A DNA stretch of 27,085 bases from a virus (lineage: Duplodnaviria > Caudoviricetes), in IMG/VR virus record IMGVR_UViG_3300044233_005876, positions 1 to 27,085 of that record. One strand, given 5' to 3'. The position numbers and the translations under genes were made by a program. A model generated the notes under the pieces. It saw nothing but the letters and a program-made list of their open reading frames with translations. It ran no database searches and was not told the origin of the DNA. Positions 1 through 9,355 of this stretch are shown here, piece by piece; the stretch's first letter is position 1; each line of letters begins with the position of its first letter.

Positions 1-1110
1 AAAAGTATAGCAACTACTACTGAAAATTGGCCAGATGAATCAGGTAAAAGTTTCGTTAATGGAGAAGGTTTAAGCCCATCTACTCAAGATGGTACTTGGG
101 ACGATGAAGATAAAAATTTAAGTGAAGAGATTTTAGACATTCAATCTGATCTAATGCTTAAAGAAAGAGATTTTGGTCTTGGTGGTAGTGAAATTATTGA
201 AATAAGTAAAAATAAATTAGAAAATATAGGAACTGTAATGAATGATTATGGTAGTATAAGATTTGACCCTATAGGTAAATTATTAAGTAATGAAATTTTA
301 GTAGGTAGTAAAACAACATACATCAATAGTGATTCTGGACCTTTACTTGAATATGTCGATGTTCAAGATTTACCAGGAGGGACTTATAATTTAAATGTTA
401 ATAATAGATATAATGTAATGGTAGGGGCCGGGGGTATCAATTTAAAATCTTATGGTCCGGTAAACGTTTCAGGTAGTATTACTAATATTGCTGGACAACA
501 AGTTAACGTTGGTTCAGAAAATGAAATAAATTTAGATGCTAAAGTTATTAATATTAGTGCAGAAATTTTAAGATTGAGAAATAAAAGACAAAGACAAGTT
601 TTAATAGAAGGTAGTCTAGGTGTTAATAAAAATGTTGTTATAGGTGGTGGTTTATCTGTTGAAGGAGAAACTTACTTACAGCATGTTACTGCTCCTGCTG
701 AAACTCAAATAACTAATACAACACAAGCTTTAGGACAAACAGTGCAAGGAGCTATAATAGGGTATGTAAATTATTATTGGACTGATGATGGAGGGGCTGC
801 AACTGTTCCTGTTTATGGGGGAACACAAGGAGGAGTTCCTGTTCCTGATACTATTACTACTTATCCTCATACTCACTCATTTGAAAATTTACCTTTAACT
901 TTGACTGATACAAATGAAAGTACTCGTAACTCTGCTAGAAATCAAGGTATCAATAGTGAAAATAGAGTAATAGCAAGTCCGCAATTTAATACTTTAAAAT
1001 CTGGTATAACCGTTAGTGCATCTTTTTCAGGAACTGCAGGTGTTGGTACTACTTATGATGGTTCAGATAGTAGTACTTATGTTGATTCAGGTTCATCATT
1101 TACACCTTAA
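1..1110 (+). CDS. Baseplate central spike, gp5/VgrG/gpV-like, C-terminal part (5' truncated by window edge)
   Basis: Frame 1 is open from base 1 (KSIATTTENWPDESG...), so the ATG at 154 is internal. Contains beta-helix-like alternating repeats (YNLNVNNRYNVMVGAGGINLKSYGPVNVSG, GSLGVNKNVVIGGGLSVEG) and an HxH motif (HTH, 868-876). Lies upstream of gp25 and gp6. Confidence 0.65.
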   Translation, partial: KSIATTTENWPDESGKSFVNGEGLSPSTQDGTWDDEDKNLSEEILDIQSDLMLKERDFGLGGSEIIEISKNKLENIGTVMNDYGSIRFDPIGKLLSNEILVGSKTTYINSDSGPLLEYVDVQDLPGGTYNLNVNNRYNVMVGAGGINLKSYGPVNVSGSITNIAGQQVNVGSENEINLDAKVINISAEILRLRNKRQRQVLIEGSLGVNKNVVIGGGLSVEGETYLQHVTAPAETQITNTTQALGQTVQGAIIGYVNYYWTDDGGAATVPVYGGTQGGVPVPDTITTYPHTHSFENLPLTLTDTNESTRNSARNQGINSENRVIASPQFNTLKSGITVSASFSGTAGVGTTYDGSDSSTYVDSGSSFTP

Positions 1111-1133
1111 TTATTGTACTTATTAACCTATAT

Positions 1134-1139
1134 TAAATA
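1134..1139 (+). promoter_or_regulatory. T4-late-like promoter core TAAATA, 6 nt before ATG 1146
   Basis: ATTAAATA-ttatat-ATG; the same motif and spacing recur before other uncoupled structural genes. Confidence 0.55.
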
Positions 1140-1145
1140 TTATAT

Positions 1146-4100
1146 ATGATAAAATTTACAGAATATATTGTCAATAATAGTATAACTACTACGTTGACTG
1201 ATGATAAATTTGATATAGGTAGCCCATTCAATTTTATTGAATATTTAAATTATGTAAAAGTTATTGATGATAATGATTTAGAAAATTTCAATCAGTATAA
1301 AAGATATCTAGAAAAATGGAAAGAAACTGATTTTGCAAATAATAAAAATAATAAAATTAATATTCGTTCGATTTATTTAAACTTTTTTAATGATTTAACT
1401 TTAAAATATTCTACACAAGAACAAAGAAGATTTTTCAATACAGTTGATTTAAATGATGAGGATTCTTTGATGAAAATAATACCATTTTATAGGTCAAAAA
1501 TAATAGAGATTTTAAATTATTATAGAGAAAAAAGAAATACTTTTAAAAGAGAATTAAGAGAAAAACAAGGTAAAGGTAGTAATTTAAGTGTTAAAGATCA
1601 AATAAAAAACAATATTGCAAATTTCTTTACTAGTTCAGATTATACAGGCGAACCAGTATCTTTATCCTCTTTAAGAATTGACGTAGAATTAGGTTATGAT
1701 ACTTTTAACGATTACTATGATATTAATCCTGCATCACTTGATTCTACTGAAACTTATAAATCAAATAATATAGATTCTAATTTATATTTAAATATTGATC
1801 AAGCTTTAATAAATGTTTTAAATCAAAATAATATAACCTTAATAGAGTTAAATCCTTTTAAGCTTGTTTTAGAATTTAATGAATTAAATACAAATTTTTT
1901 AAAAAGAGATGATTTTATTGACTATACAATAAGTAGTACTTCTGATACATATAGAGTACTATATGAAGCTGAAATATCAGAAAATTTAGTAGGTACTGAT
2001 TATTTCTATCTTAGTACCAATACACCAAATATTAGTTCTACTCAAACACAATTTGTATCAGGTAAGTTATTTGAAGCTAAAAATAAAGCTAAAAATTTAT
2101 TTAATATTAACTTCCCATCAGTTAAAGCAAAAGAAAAACAACCTGATAGTTATGAAAGAAGTATAGGTTTATTTTTTAACCCTACTAAATTTTCTATTTT
2201 AAAAGTTGATGGTGAATTTATTAATAAAATTAAACCTGAGTTAAATGAAAATTTTGTATATATATTCCCTGATCCTAGTGAATATGGTGATGTTGTAAAT
2301 TTAAGTAATACTAAAAGAGATAACCCTTTCAATTTTTTCTTTGATTTAAATACTTATAAAAATATTTCATCATCTTCTTCTAGAAATACAGTAAAAGCAG
2401 ATGAAAGAAATCATTATTTTCATGCTTATCAATCATTAGAAAATAGAAGAATTGATATAACAAATGAGGGTAAATTTTCAGATTCAATAACTGATTTAGT
2501 TAATTTTGGTTCTATTGATAAAATTGAAACTGATATTTATGGTAATGAATATATTCAGCTTATTCCTAATAAAGGGGTAATTTTAAATACTGAGAGCAAA
2601 ACAATAATACAGGATGCAGCTTTTGATACGGGGAATACAATTGATATATCAGAAAATAGGTATGGTAATGTTGAAAAACTTTCTGGTTGTTTTGATAAAA
2701 TAAATGGTTATAAAAAAATATTTGTTAAAGATGTAATTGATAAAAAATTAAAACCTTTATCAGGTTCAAACTTTAATATCATTTATGATAAATTTTCATT
2801 TAATAACACTTTGTATAGCCAAATTACAGGATCTGATATTTTGGATTTAAATGTTTACGAGGATACTTTTAGTATAGATCTAAGTAGTTTTTCTATAGTT
2901 GATGCATTTAAATATAATGGTAATTATTTACAGCAAACAAATTCCCCTTTAATTATAGAAAAAGATAATACAAGACCTGATTTTTCTTATATAACTAAAG
3001 ATTGTTATAATAATAATTCAATTTATAAATTTAATATAAGTTTATCAGGTTTAAGTTCATCAAATACTTTTTTGTATGAACTATATAAATTTGATACACA
3101 GAAAAAAACTATAGATGAAATAAGTACAAGAAATACTGAAACTTCTACGTATTTTATTGATACATTTGATTTTAGTCATTATAGTAAAAGTATAACTATT
3201 AATAAAATTATTAATAGTGATCTAAAATATAATAGTTTGGACGACTCATACATATTAACAACAACCTTTAACAATACTAATAATTCAATTGTAATACATA
3301 TTTTAAATTATAAAATTATTAATAATAAAATTAATATTGTTAATAATGATTTATTTTCTAATGCTACTAATAATGATGCCTTAACTGCATTAAGAGCTCA
3401 AGTTAAAGCTTCAGCTACACAATCAAATCCATCCTCTCCTACAGATCCAGCGGATCGTTTTTTTAATTTTTTAAATGGTAGCGGTGATTGTGTTTTACCT
3501 TCTTTATCCTTTCCAGCTACTAGTTTTTTAAGAACAATTACTCTAACTTATTCAGGGGTAACTAATATAAATTTTGATCTATCAGCTGTATCTCAAAATA
3601 ATGGGTCCGGAGTAAGTTTATATAAAGCTGATGTTGACTATGGTGATAATGTTAATGAAACATTATATTCTAAATTTCAATCTGATGGTACTTTAAAATT
3701 AGATAATTTTTCCCATAGATATAATTCTTTCAATGATGCAGTCTCAACAACAGGTTCAATTAAATTTTATTATGAAAACGGTAATGTTACTATTGTAAGT
3801 TTAAGAGTAGTAAAATTAATTGATGATATAGAACCCTTAAAATTAAAAGCAATTAATGGTCAAAAAAGCAATTTAGGAGAATTTACTTTAAATTTAATAG
3901 ATAAAAATAATACCTTATATAATTTTATTAGTAATAAGAAAAAAATATTTAGGAGGGGAGCAATACTAGTTAATCACCCAGAAACAGGGGAACTTTTACG
4001 TTTATATGGACCTGGTAGTTCGGGTGGTTCAGGTGGTAAATCTGAGGGCGGTACAGACGGTGGTACAACTAGTTTTGTTTTTACTACTGCAGGTAATACA

Positions 4101-4424
4101 ACTAAACCAGGCGTGGGTTATGAAAGAAGAAAAGGATGTCTAAGAGGGTTGGTAGTAGTTACTGATGTGTCAGGTAATATTACATCTTCTTCAACTTCAG
4201 AAGGCACTACCACAAATAATTTAGATTTAAAAACTTTACTTACAAGTGCATCGGGTCTAAGTTCGTCTGTTTCTAATATTACTAATACAGCAGGTACACA
4301 TTCATTTGTTTATGAATTCTTTGGATGGAGAAGGAAACAAAATCAATTAAATGATATAGCTTGGTCATCTGATGATTCAAAATATAGTATATATAGTAAC
4401 TTCAATAACCCAACTTATTCTTAA
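1146..4424 (+). CDS. Large hypothetical virion/baseplate-associated protein (1092 aa) with a PKD-like segment and a G/S/T-rich C-terminal domain
   Basis: Long ORF between the spike and gp25; ADVDYGDN resembles a PKD strand-turn motif; GPGSSGGSGGKSEGGTDGG linker near the C-terminus. No family recognised. Confidence 0.6.
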   Translation: MIKFTEYIVNNSITTTLTDDKFDIGSPFNFIEYLNYVKVIDDNDLENFNQYKRYLEKWKETDFANNKNNKINIRSIYLNFFNDLTLKYSTQEQRRFFNTVDLNDEDSLMKIIPFYRSKIIEILNYYREKRNTFKRELREKQGKGSNLSVKDQIKNNIANFFTSSDYTGEPVSLSSLRIDVELGYDTFNDYYDINPASLDSTETYKSNNIDSNLYLNIDQALINVLNQNNITLIELNPFKLVLEFNELNTNFLKRDDFIDYTISSTSDTYRVLYEAEISENLVGTDYFYLSTNTPNISSTQTQFVSGKLFEAKNKAKNLFNINFPSVKAKEKQPDSYERSIGLFFNPTKFSILKVDGEFINKIKPELNENFVYIFPDPSEYGDVVNLSNTKRDNPFNFFFDLNTYKNISSSSSRNTVKADERNHYFHAYQSLENRRIDITNEGKFSDSITDLVNFGSIDKIETDIYGNEYIQLIPNKGVILNTESKTIIQDAAFDTGNTIDISENRYGNVEKLSGCFDKINGYKKIFVKDVIDKKLKPLSGSNFNIIYDKFSFNNTLYSQITGSDILDLNVYEDTFSIDLSSFSIVDAFKYNGNYLQQTNSPLIIEKDNTRPDFSYITKDCYNNNSIYKFNISLSGLSSSNTFLYELYKFDTQKKTIDEISTRNTETSTYFIDTFDFSHYSKSITINKIINSDLKYNSLDDSYILTTTFNNTNNSIVIHILNYKIINNKINIVNNDLFSNATNNDALTALRAQVKASATQSNPSSPTDPADRFFNFLNGSGDCVLPSLSFPATSFLRTITLTYSGVTNINFDLSAVSQNNGSGVSLYKADVDYGDNVNETLYSKFQSDGTLKLDNFSHRYNSFNDAVSTTGSIKFYYENGNVTIVSLRVVKLIDDIEPLKLKAINGQKSNLGEFTLNLIDKNNTLYNFISNKKKIFRRGAILVNHPETGELLRLYGPGSSGGSGGKSEGGTDGGTTSFVFTTAGNTTKPGVGYERRKGCLRGLVVVTDVSGNITSSSTSEGTTTNNLDLKTLLTSASGLSSSVSNITNTAGTHSFVYEFFGWRRKQNQLNDIAWSSDDSKYSIYSNFNNPTYS

Positions 4425-4430
4425 TAAATA
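4425..4430 (+). promoter_or_regulatory. T4-late-like promoter core TAAATA, 5 nt before ATG 4436
   Basis: AATAAATA-tccat-ATG in an 11-nt intergenic gap. Confidence 0.55.
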
Positions 4431-4435
4431 TCCAT

Positions 4436-4909
4436 ATGGCAATAAAATTAAATATTTTTCAACCTACAAAAGAAAGAAATCTAGATGTTATCTATAAAGA
4501 TATAAATTTAGATGTAAAGGTAGGTATTGTAAAATCTGATGAACTAAATGGAGCTACCAATTTAAAAGATTTAAACACTGCAGTAAATTTTGAAGCTATA
4601 AAAAATTCTTTAATAAATTTAATAACAACTTTCCAAGGACAAAAAATATTAAATCCAGAATTTGGAATGAACTTTGGAGATCTTTTATTTTTACCAGTAT
4701 CAAAAGCTAGAGCTACGGTAATAGGTGAAACTATTAATAATACTGTAGTTGGTTTTGAGCCTAGGATTAAAGTCCAATCAATTGAAGTAATAGCTGATAT
4801 TGAAATGCAAGAATATGAATTAAATATTATTATAAATATACCAGAATTTAATAGTAACCCTTTAAACTTAAAAGGAAGATTAAACAAATCTGGTTTCTAT
4901 AGTTATTAA
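4436..4909 (+). CDS. gp25: Baseplate wedge/sheath-initiator protein, T4 gp25 / P2 gpW family
   Basis: AIKNSLINLITTFQGQKILNPEFGMNFGDLLF and FEPRIKVQSIEV match the GPW/gp25 pattern; size and position directly before gp6 fit. Confidence 0.9.
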   Translation: MAIKLNIFQPTKERNLDVIYKDINLDVKVGIVKSDELNGATNLKDLNTAVNFEAIKNSLINLITTFQGQKILNPEFGMNFGDLLFLPVSKARATVIGETINNTVVGFEPRIKVQSIEVIADIEMQEYELNIIINIPEFNSNPLNLKGRLNKSGFYSY

Positions 4910-4910
4910 T

Positions 4911-4916
4911 TAAATA
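4911..4916 (+). promoter_or_regulatory. T4-late-like promoter core TAAATA, 5 nt before ATG 4922
   Basis: ATTAAATA-taatt-ATG in a 12-nt intergenic gap. Confidence 0.55.
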
Positions 4917-4921
4917 TAATT

Positions 4922-6745
4922 ATGGCCGAGAAAAATTTAACTGATTTTAGTTTATCAAGAGACAATTATGCTGCTTTTGATGCAAGATCATTAAAAGAAC
5001 TAATTCAAACTAGATTAGACCAAGGGGGTATATATACTGATCAAACTTTTGAAGGTAGTAATATGTCTTCTATTATTGATGTTATTGCTTATAGTTACCA
5101 TTTACTTTTATTCTATTTGAATCAAACATCTGCTGAATCAATGTTTTCAGATACAAGTATATATGAAAACATGAATAGAATAGTAAAATTAATAGATTAC
5201 AAACCTAAAGGTTATCAAACTTCATTACTTGCATTTAATTTAACTGCTAATAGTTTACTACCAATTGATTCATATACTATAAAAAGATATAGTTATATAG
5301 TAGCTGGTGGAGTTTATTATTCATTTATTAATGATAGTACTTTTAACAAAACAGTAGCCGGTAACCAATCTTTAGATAATTTTTCAAGTGAAAATATTTT
5401 AAGGGAAGGACAATATTTTGAATATCCTGAAGTTATAGCATTAGGTGAAGATTTTGAAACTGTAACTTTATCAGTTAGGAGTAGTGATGATAATTTTCAA
5501 GTAAATGTAGATAGTAACTCAATTGATGTATATGTACAAGATGTAAATACAAATAAAATAGTTGAATATACCGAAAGTAGTAGTTTATTTTTAGAAAACT
5601 CTGATTCTACAGTAGTTGAAAAAAGATTAAATGAAAATGGTTTTTACGAATTTAAGTTTGGCAATGGAGTTTTTGGAAAAAAATTAAATGAAGGTGATAA
5701 AATTTTAATTTATTATATTCAAAGTTCTGGAGAAGCTGGAGTAGTATCTCCAGGAGTCCTTGATGGTAACTCTTTAAATTTATATAATACTCCCAGGTTT
5801 CAATTAATAAGTGATAATATTTATAATACTACATTTAATTTTTTAACTATAGAGGAAATACAAAATTTAACATTTTCTAATAGTTTAAAATCTACAACGC
5901 CAGTTGAAAGAGAAGATATTGAAAGTATTAGAAATAATGCTACTAAAAACTTTCAATTGCAAAATAGAATAATAACTTTAAAAGATTATAATGATTTTTT
6001 ATCTACTAATTTTTCACAAGTTTTAAAATCTTTTACCGTTGTAAATAATGATGATTATGTTGATCAATATTTAAATTATTTTTTAAATATAGGTTTAAAT
6101 AAACCCAATGATGATAGTAGAGTTTTGTTTAACCAGGTTAACTTTAATTCAATAAATCAATCAAATAATATTTACTTATTTTTAGTTTCGAAATTCAATA
6201 ATGTAGATAGTAATAATAATTTAAATTTTGTATCTACTTCTCAAAAATCATCTATAATTAATTCTTTTAAAGAGAAACAACAAGCTAATATAAATATAGT
6301 ACCGGTTGACCCAGTTTTTACAGCTTTTGATTTAGGGGTTAGAAGCGGTGAAAATGAAGTACTAAGAAAAGAGCTTGCAGATGAATCATTTTTAATTATC
6401 AAGAGAAATGTATTAAGTAATTCTTCTACAGAGGCTATGAGAGAAAGAATTAACAATATTTTTGTAAATTATTTTGCTAATCTAAATTTAAACAGTTTAG
6501 TTAGTTTAAAGGATATAAGCAATCAAATATTTAATATAGAAGGTGTTGAAGATATTTTAACTAGAAGGGTAATAAATAATCAAACTTTTAACGAAGTAGA
6601 AGGTATTAGTTTAGTAGTTTATAATCCTATATATGACAGAAATGATATAAAAATTATAGGTAGCGATTTAAAATTACCATTTTTTAAATATCCATATCTT
6701 TCCAATCAATCAATATTATCAAAAATTGTAATAGAGAATATATAA
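4922..6745 (+). CDS. gp6: Baseplate wedge subunit, T4 gp6 family
   Basis: FEGSNMSSIIDVIAY...ESMF, YEFKFGNGVFGKKL and EDIESIRNNA...QNRIITLKDY are characteristic gp6 motifs; about 600 aa. Confidence 0.92.
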   Translation: MAEKNLTDFSLSRDNYAAFDARSLKELIQTRLDQGGIYTDQTFEGSNMSSIIDVIAYSYHLLLFYLNQTSAESMFSDTSIYENMNRIVKLIDYKPKGYQTSLLAFNLTANSLLPIDSYTIKRYSYIVAGGVYYSFINDSTFNKTVAGNQSLDNFSSENILREGQYFEYPEVIALGEDFETVTLSVRSSDDNFQVNVDSNSIDVYVQDVNTNKIVEYTESSSLFLENSDSTVVEKRLNENGFYEFKFGNGVFGKKLNEGDKILIYYIQSSGEAGVVSPGVLDGNSLNLYNTPRFQLISDNIYNTTFNFLTIEEIQNLTFSNSLKSTTPVEREDIESIRNNATKNFQLQNRIITLKDYNDFLSTNFSQVLKSFTVVNNDDYVDQYLNYFLNIGLNKPNDDSRVLFNQVNFNSINQSNNIYLFLVSKFNNVDSNNNLNFVSTSQKSSIINSFKEKQQANINIVPVDPVFTAFDLGVRSGENEVLRKELADESFLIIKRNVLSNSSTEAMRERINNIFVNYFANLNLNSLVSLKDISNQIFNIEGVEDILTRRVINNQTFNEVEGISLVVYNPIYDRNDIKIIGSDLKLPFFKYPYLSNQSILSKIVIENI

Positions 6746-6746
6746 A

Positions 6747-7640
6747 ATGAGTTATAGTTTCAATAAAGATTATAGTTCATTATCAGGAATTGATATACGT
6801 TTAGATATCTATAATTTAGCATTTAAAAAAATATTAGGTAGTACCAATACAATTTCGAGTAGTGCTTTATATACCGGAGACTTGGGCGGTATATATGCTG
6901 TACCTAATTTTTTATCTGCAGCGCCTGATATATCAGATACTGATTTTTTTATAGATTTTGGAGACGGAACTATAGTAGAAAATAATTTATCATCTTTTCA
7001 CACTTACCAAACTACAGGCAATTACCCCGTTACCTTAGTAGTAACTACTAGTTCGGGTCAATTATTTAGAGGGTTAGAAAGTTATGTAGTTAATGTTAAA
7101 GATCCTGTACCAGATAAAATTTTCTTAACTCAAGATAACGTATCGCAAAATGAAAGTGAAAGTACTGTAACTTTTTATATAACAAGATATAATAGTTTAT
7201 TAACATCTCAACATTTATCATCATATGATTACAATATAAAACTTAGTGTAAGAGATAATAAAAATAAAATTGAATTAGAAAATGATTACTTAAATAATCC
7301 TAATTTTCAATATGAAAATAAAGGATTCTTTTTTACCTCTCCTGATAATAATTTTAAAGTTATTGACGGGGTAAGGACTGATAGTACTTTAATTTATGGT
7401 AAATTAGTAAATAATGAATTAGTATTATCTACTTTATCGGCAATAGATAGTAAATTAGTAGGTACGTCAGGTTCAGGTAATTTTAGATTTTTTGAACCTG
7501 CAGTAGATTCATTAGTAAATACTGAAAATTTACAAAGTGTTAGTGATAGTAGCGAAAGTGAGTCCTCCGGCGACGGTGGTGGTATTTATTATTCATTTGC
7601 CCCTGGTAGTACTTACTTGCAAGGGTACTATCTTGATTAA
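6747..7640 (+). CDS. PKD-domain (Ig-like) virion protein
   Basis: FIDFGDGT...HTYQTTGNYPVTLVV is a canonical PKD motif; starts 1 nt after the gp6 stop; acidic S/G-rich tail. Confidence 0.75.
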   Translation: MSYSFNKDYSSLSGIDIRLDIYNLAFKKILGSTNTISSSALYTGDLGGIYAVPNFLSAAPDISDTDFFIDFGDGTIVENNLSSFHTYQTTGNYPVTLVVTTSSGQLFRGLESYVVNVKDPVPDKIFLTQDNVSQNESESTVTFYITRYNSLLTSQHLSSYDYNIKLSVRDNKNKIELENDYLNNPNFQYENKGFFFTSPDNNFKVIDGVRTDSTLIYGKLVNNELVLSTLSAIDSKLVGTSGSGNFRFFEPAVDSLVNTENLQSVSDSSESESSGDGGGIYYSFAPGSTYLQGYYLD

Positions 7641-8398
7641 CTATTGTTTTTTAGTTTTTCTATTTCTTTACCCAATCTTTTAACTTCTTCTAAAAGAACT
7701 GGAATTAAACCAATATAATCAACTGAAAGAAAACCATCGCTATTTTCTTTTACTAACGTTTTATCAATTTTATATAGATCTTGGGCTATAATACCTTTAC
7801 CTTTACCAGATCTTTTAGATCTATTATTCCAATCAAATTCATACCCAGTTAAATTATTAACAAAATTTTCAGATTCTATACGTATTAAATTATCTTTTAA
7901 TCTACTATCTGAAGAATGAAATGCAACAATATCCCCACCTGCACTAATACCACCTGTTAAAGTTAAACTTCCATTAATAGTTTCATTACCATTAACAAAA
8001 ATATCAGAGATATTTGAAGTCCCGCTAATTGTAACAGTATTGTTATGAGTAATAGCACCGGCAAAAGCGCCTGCTCCAGTAAAATTAAAGTTAGTTGCAG
8101 TTAGTTGTCCACTGACATGAGTATTACCTCCAATAACTACTTCACTATCAATAGTTGAAGATCCTTTGACGCATAAATTACCATTAGTAGTAAGGTTGCT
8201 ACACCCTAATAAAAGACCATTGACGTGTAATGCACCATCTAATTTAGATAAATTACCTGATTTTCCTAAAGTTAAAGCTGAATTATTCCCTAAACCATCA
8301 GTAATTTGGTTTAAACCTCCATGTATTGTATTATTTGTTGAGGTTTTTAATAAACCGTTATATGATTGATTAATATTTTGTCCTAATAAACTAGCCAT
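7637..8398 (-). CDS. Short tail fibre/spike with C-terminal intramolecular chaperone (peptidase S74)
   Basis: SSDSRLKDNL...GYEFDWN...GIIAQDL...VDYIGLIPVLLEEVKRL plus a terminal coiled coil; G-x-L-x-V beta repeats upstream. Confidence 0.88.
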   Translation of the reverse strand: MASLLGQNINQSYNGLLKTSTNNTIHGGLNQITDGLGNNSALTLGKSGNLSKLDGALHVNGLLLGCSNLTTNGNLCVKGSSTIDSEVVIGGNTHVSGQLTATNFNFTGAGAFAGAITHNNTVTISGTSNISDIFVNGNETINGSLTLTGGISAGGDIVAFHSSDSRLKDNLIRIESENFVNNLTGYEFDWNNRSKRSGKGKGIIAQDLYKIDKTLVKENSDGFLSVDYIGLIPVLLEEVKRLGKEIEKLKNNS

Positions 8399-9323
8399 AA
8401 TTTTCCTCCAATACTTTAATTCTATTGTTTAAATTTTTTACTTCTTCAATTAATACAGGTATAAGCTTAACATAATCTACTGATAAGTATCCATCTTCTC
8501 TTTCATGTACTATTTCAGGTAATACTTCTTTAACTTCTTGGGCTATAACTCCAATATCAGACCCTACTCTATCAGCTTTTTCTTTCCAATCAAATTCATA
8601 ACCGTTTAAACTATTAATAATATTATTAGAATTAGTTATTTTTTTAACATTATCTTTAAGTCTTTCATCAGATGAATAAAAAGCTATAATATCAGCACAT
8701 CCCCTTATTACCCCTTTATTTAAAAGAATACCTTTATTAGTAAGTGTTACTTGTGAAGTTGTACAATCATCACCTATATTAGCAAATCCTTTTACTGTAG
8801 TGCATCCAGTGGCACTATCAACTGAAAATTCAGGACCGCTAGTTGTACCAACAAAAAGATCACCACTCAAGGATGTGTTACCAGTCGTTGAAGTTTGGTG
8901 TATTAAATTACTTACTACTAATGCATCTGCAACGTTTAAATCATCTGTATTAGTTGCTCCACATAAATGATTAGATCCGCTACCACATGCACAAATTTGT
9001 TTTTCAATACAAACCCCGCCATCTTGTACTTCTAATACTTTACCTTCAACACAATTAGAAGAACCAGCAATTATAGTTGGACCAAAAATCTTTGCACCTC
9101 CATCAGTTTGTGCTACAGAAATAGATAAAGGATTACCATTACCATCAGATAATCTGTTTAATGCATTAGGCGTTAGTGTTTTATTAGGATTAGTAGTAAC
9201 GACTGTTGAAGCTCTATTAGAGCTGGTTACAACTGCCACGTCACCGTTATCTGCTACTTTAATTAATGAAGGGTATGTAAAAGCTACTATTTCCCCTGCT
9301 AAACTTGAAATTTCAGTACTCAT
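8391..9323 (-). CDS. Short tail fibre/spike with C-terminal intramolecular chaperone (peptidase S74), paralogue of 7637-8398
   Basis: SSDERLKDNV...GYEFDWK...GVIAQEV...VDYVKLIPVLIEEVKNL. Confidence 0.9.
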   Translation of the reverse strand: MSTEISSLAGEIVAFTYPSLIKVADNGDVAVVTSSNRASTVVTTNPNKTLTPNALNRLSDGNGNPLSISVAQTDGGAKIFGPTIIAGSSNCVEGKVLEVQDGGVCIEKQICACGSGSNHLCGATNTDDLNVADALVVSNLIHQTSTTGNTSLSGDLFVGTTSGPEFSVDSATGCTTVKGFANIGDDCTTSQVTLTNKGILLNKGVIRGCADIIAFYSSDERLKDNVKKITNSNNIINSLNGYEFDWKEKADRVGSDIGVIAQEVKEVLPEIVHEREDGYLSVDYVKLIPVLIEEVKNLNNRIKVLEENYG

Positions 9324-9333
9324 TATATATTAT

Positions 9334-9339
9334 TATTTA
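9334..9339 (-). promoter_or_regulatory. T4-late-like promoter core TAAATA, 10 nt before ATG 9323
   Basis: Minus strand reads GATAAATA-ataatatata-ATG; spacing is longer than at the other sites. Confidence 0.4.
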
Positions 9340-9355
9340 TCTTGCATACTATTTT

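Noticed and set aside
154-156. ATG 154 as the start of the spike gene
   Set aside because: The frame is open back to base 1, so the gene begins outside the window.
3951-3958. Strong SD-like AGGAGG inside the 1092-aa gene as an internal start
   Set aside because: No ATG, GTG or TTG at a usable distance; it simply encodes Arg-Arg-Gly.
2150-6456. Minus-strand ORFs 2150-2332, 4492-4887 and 6241-6456
   Set aside because: Fully antisense to long or well-identified genes; F/L/I/S-rich translations typical of shadow frames in AT-rich DNA.
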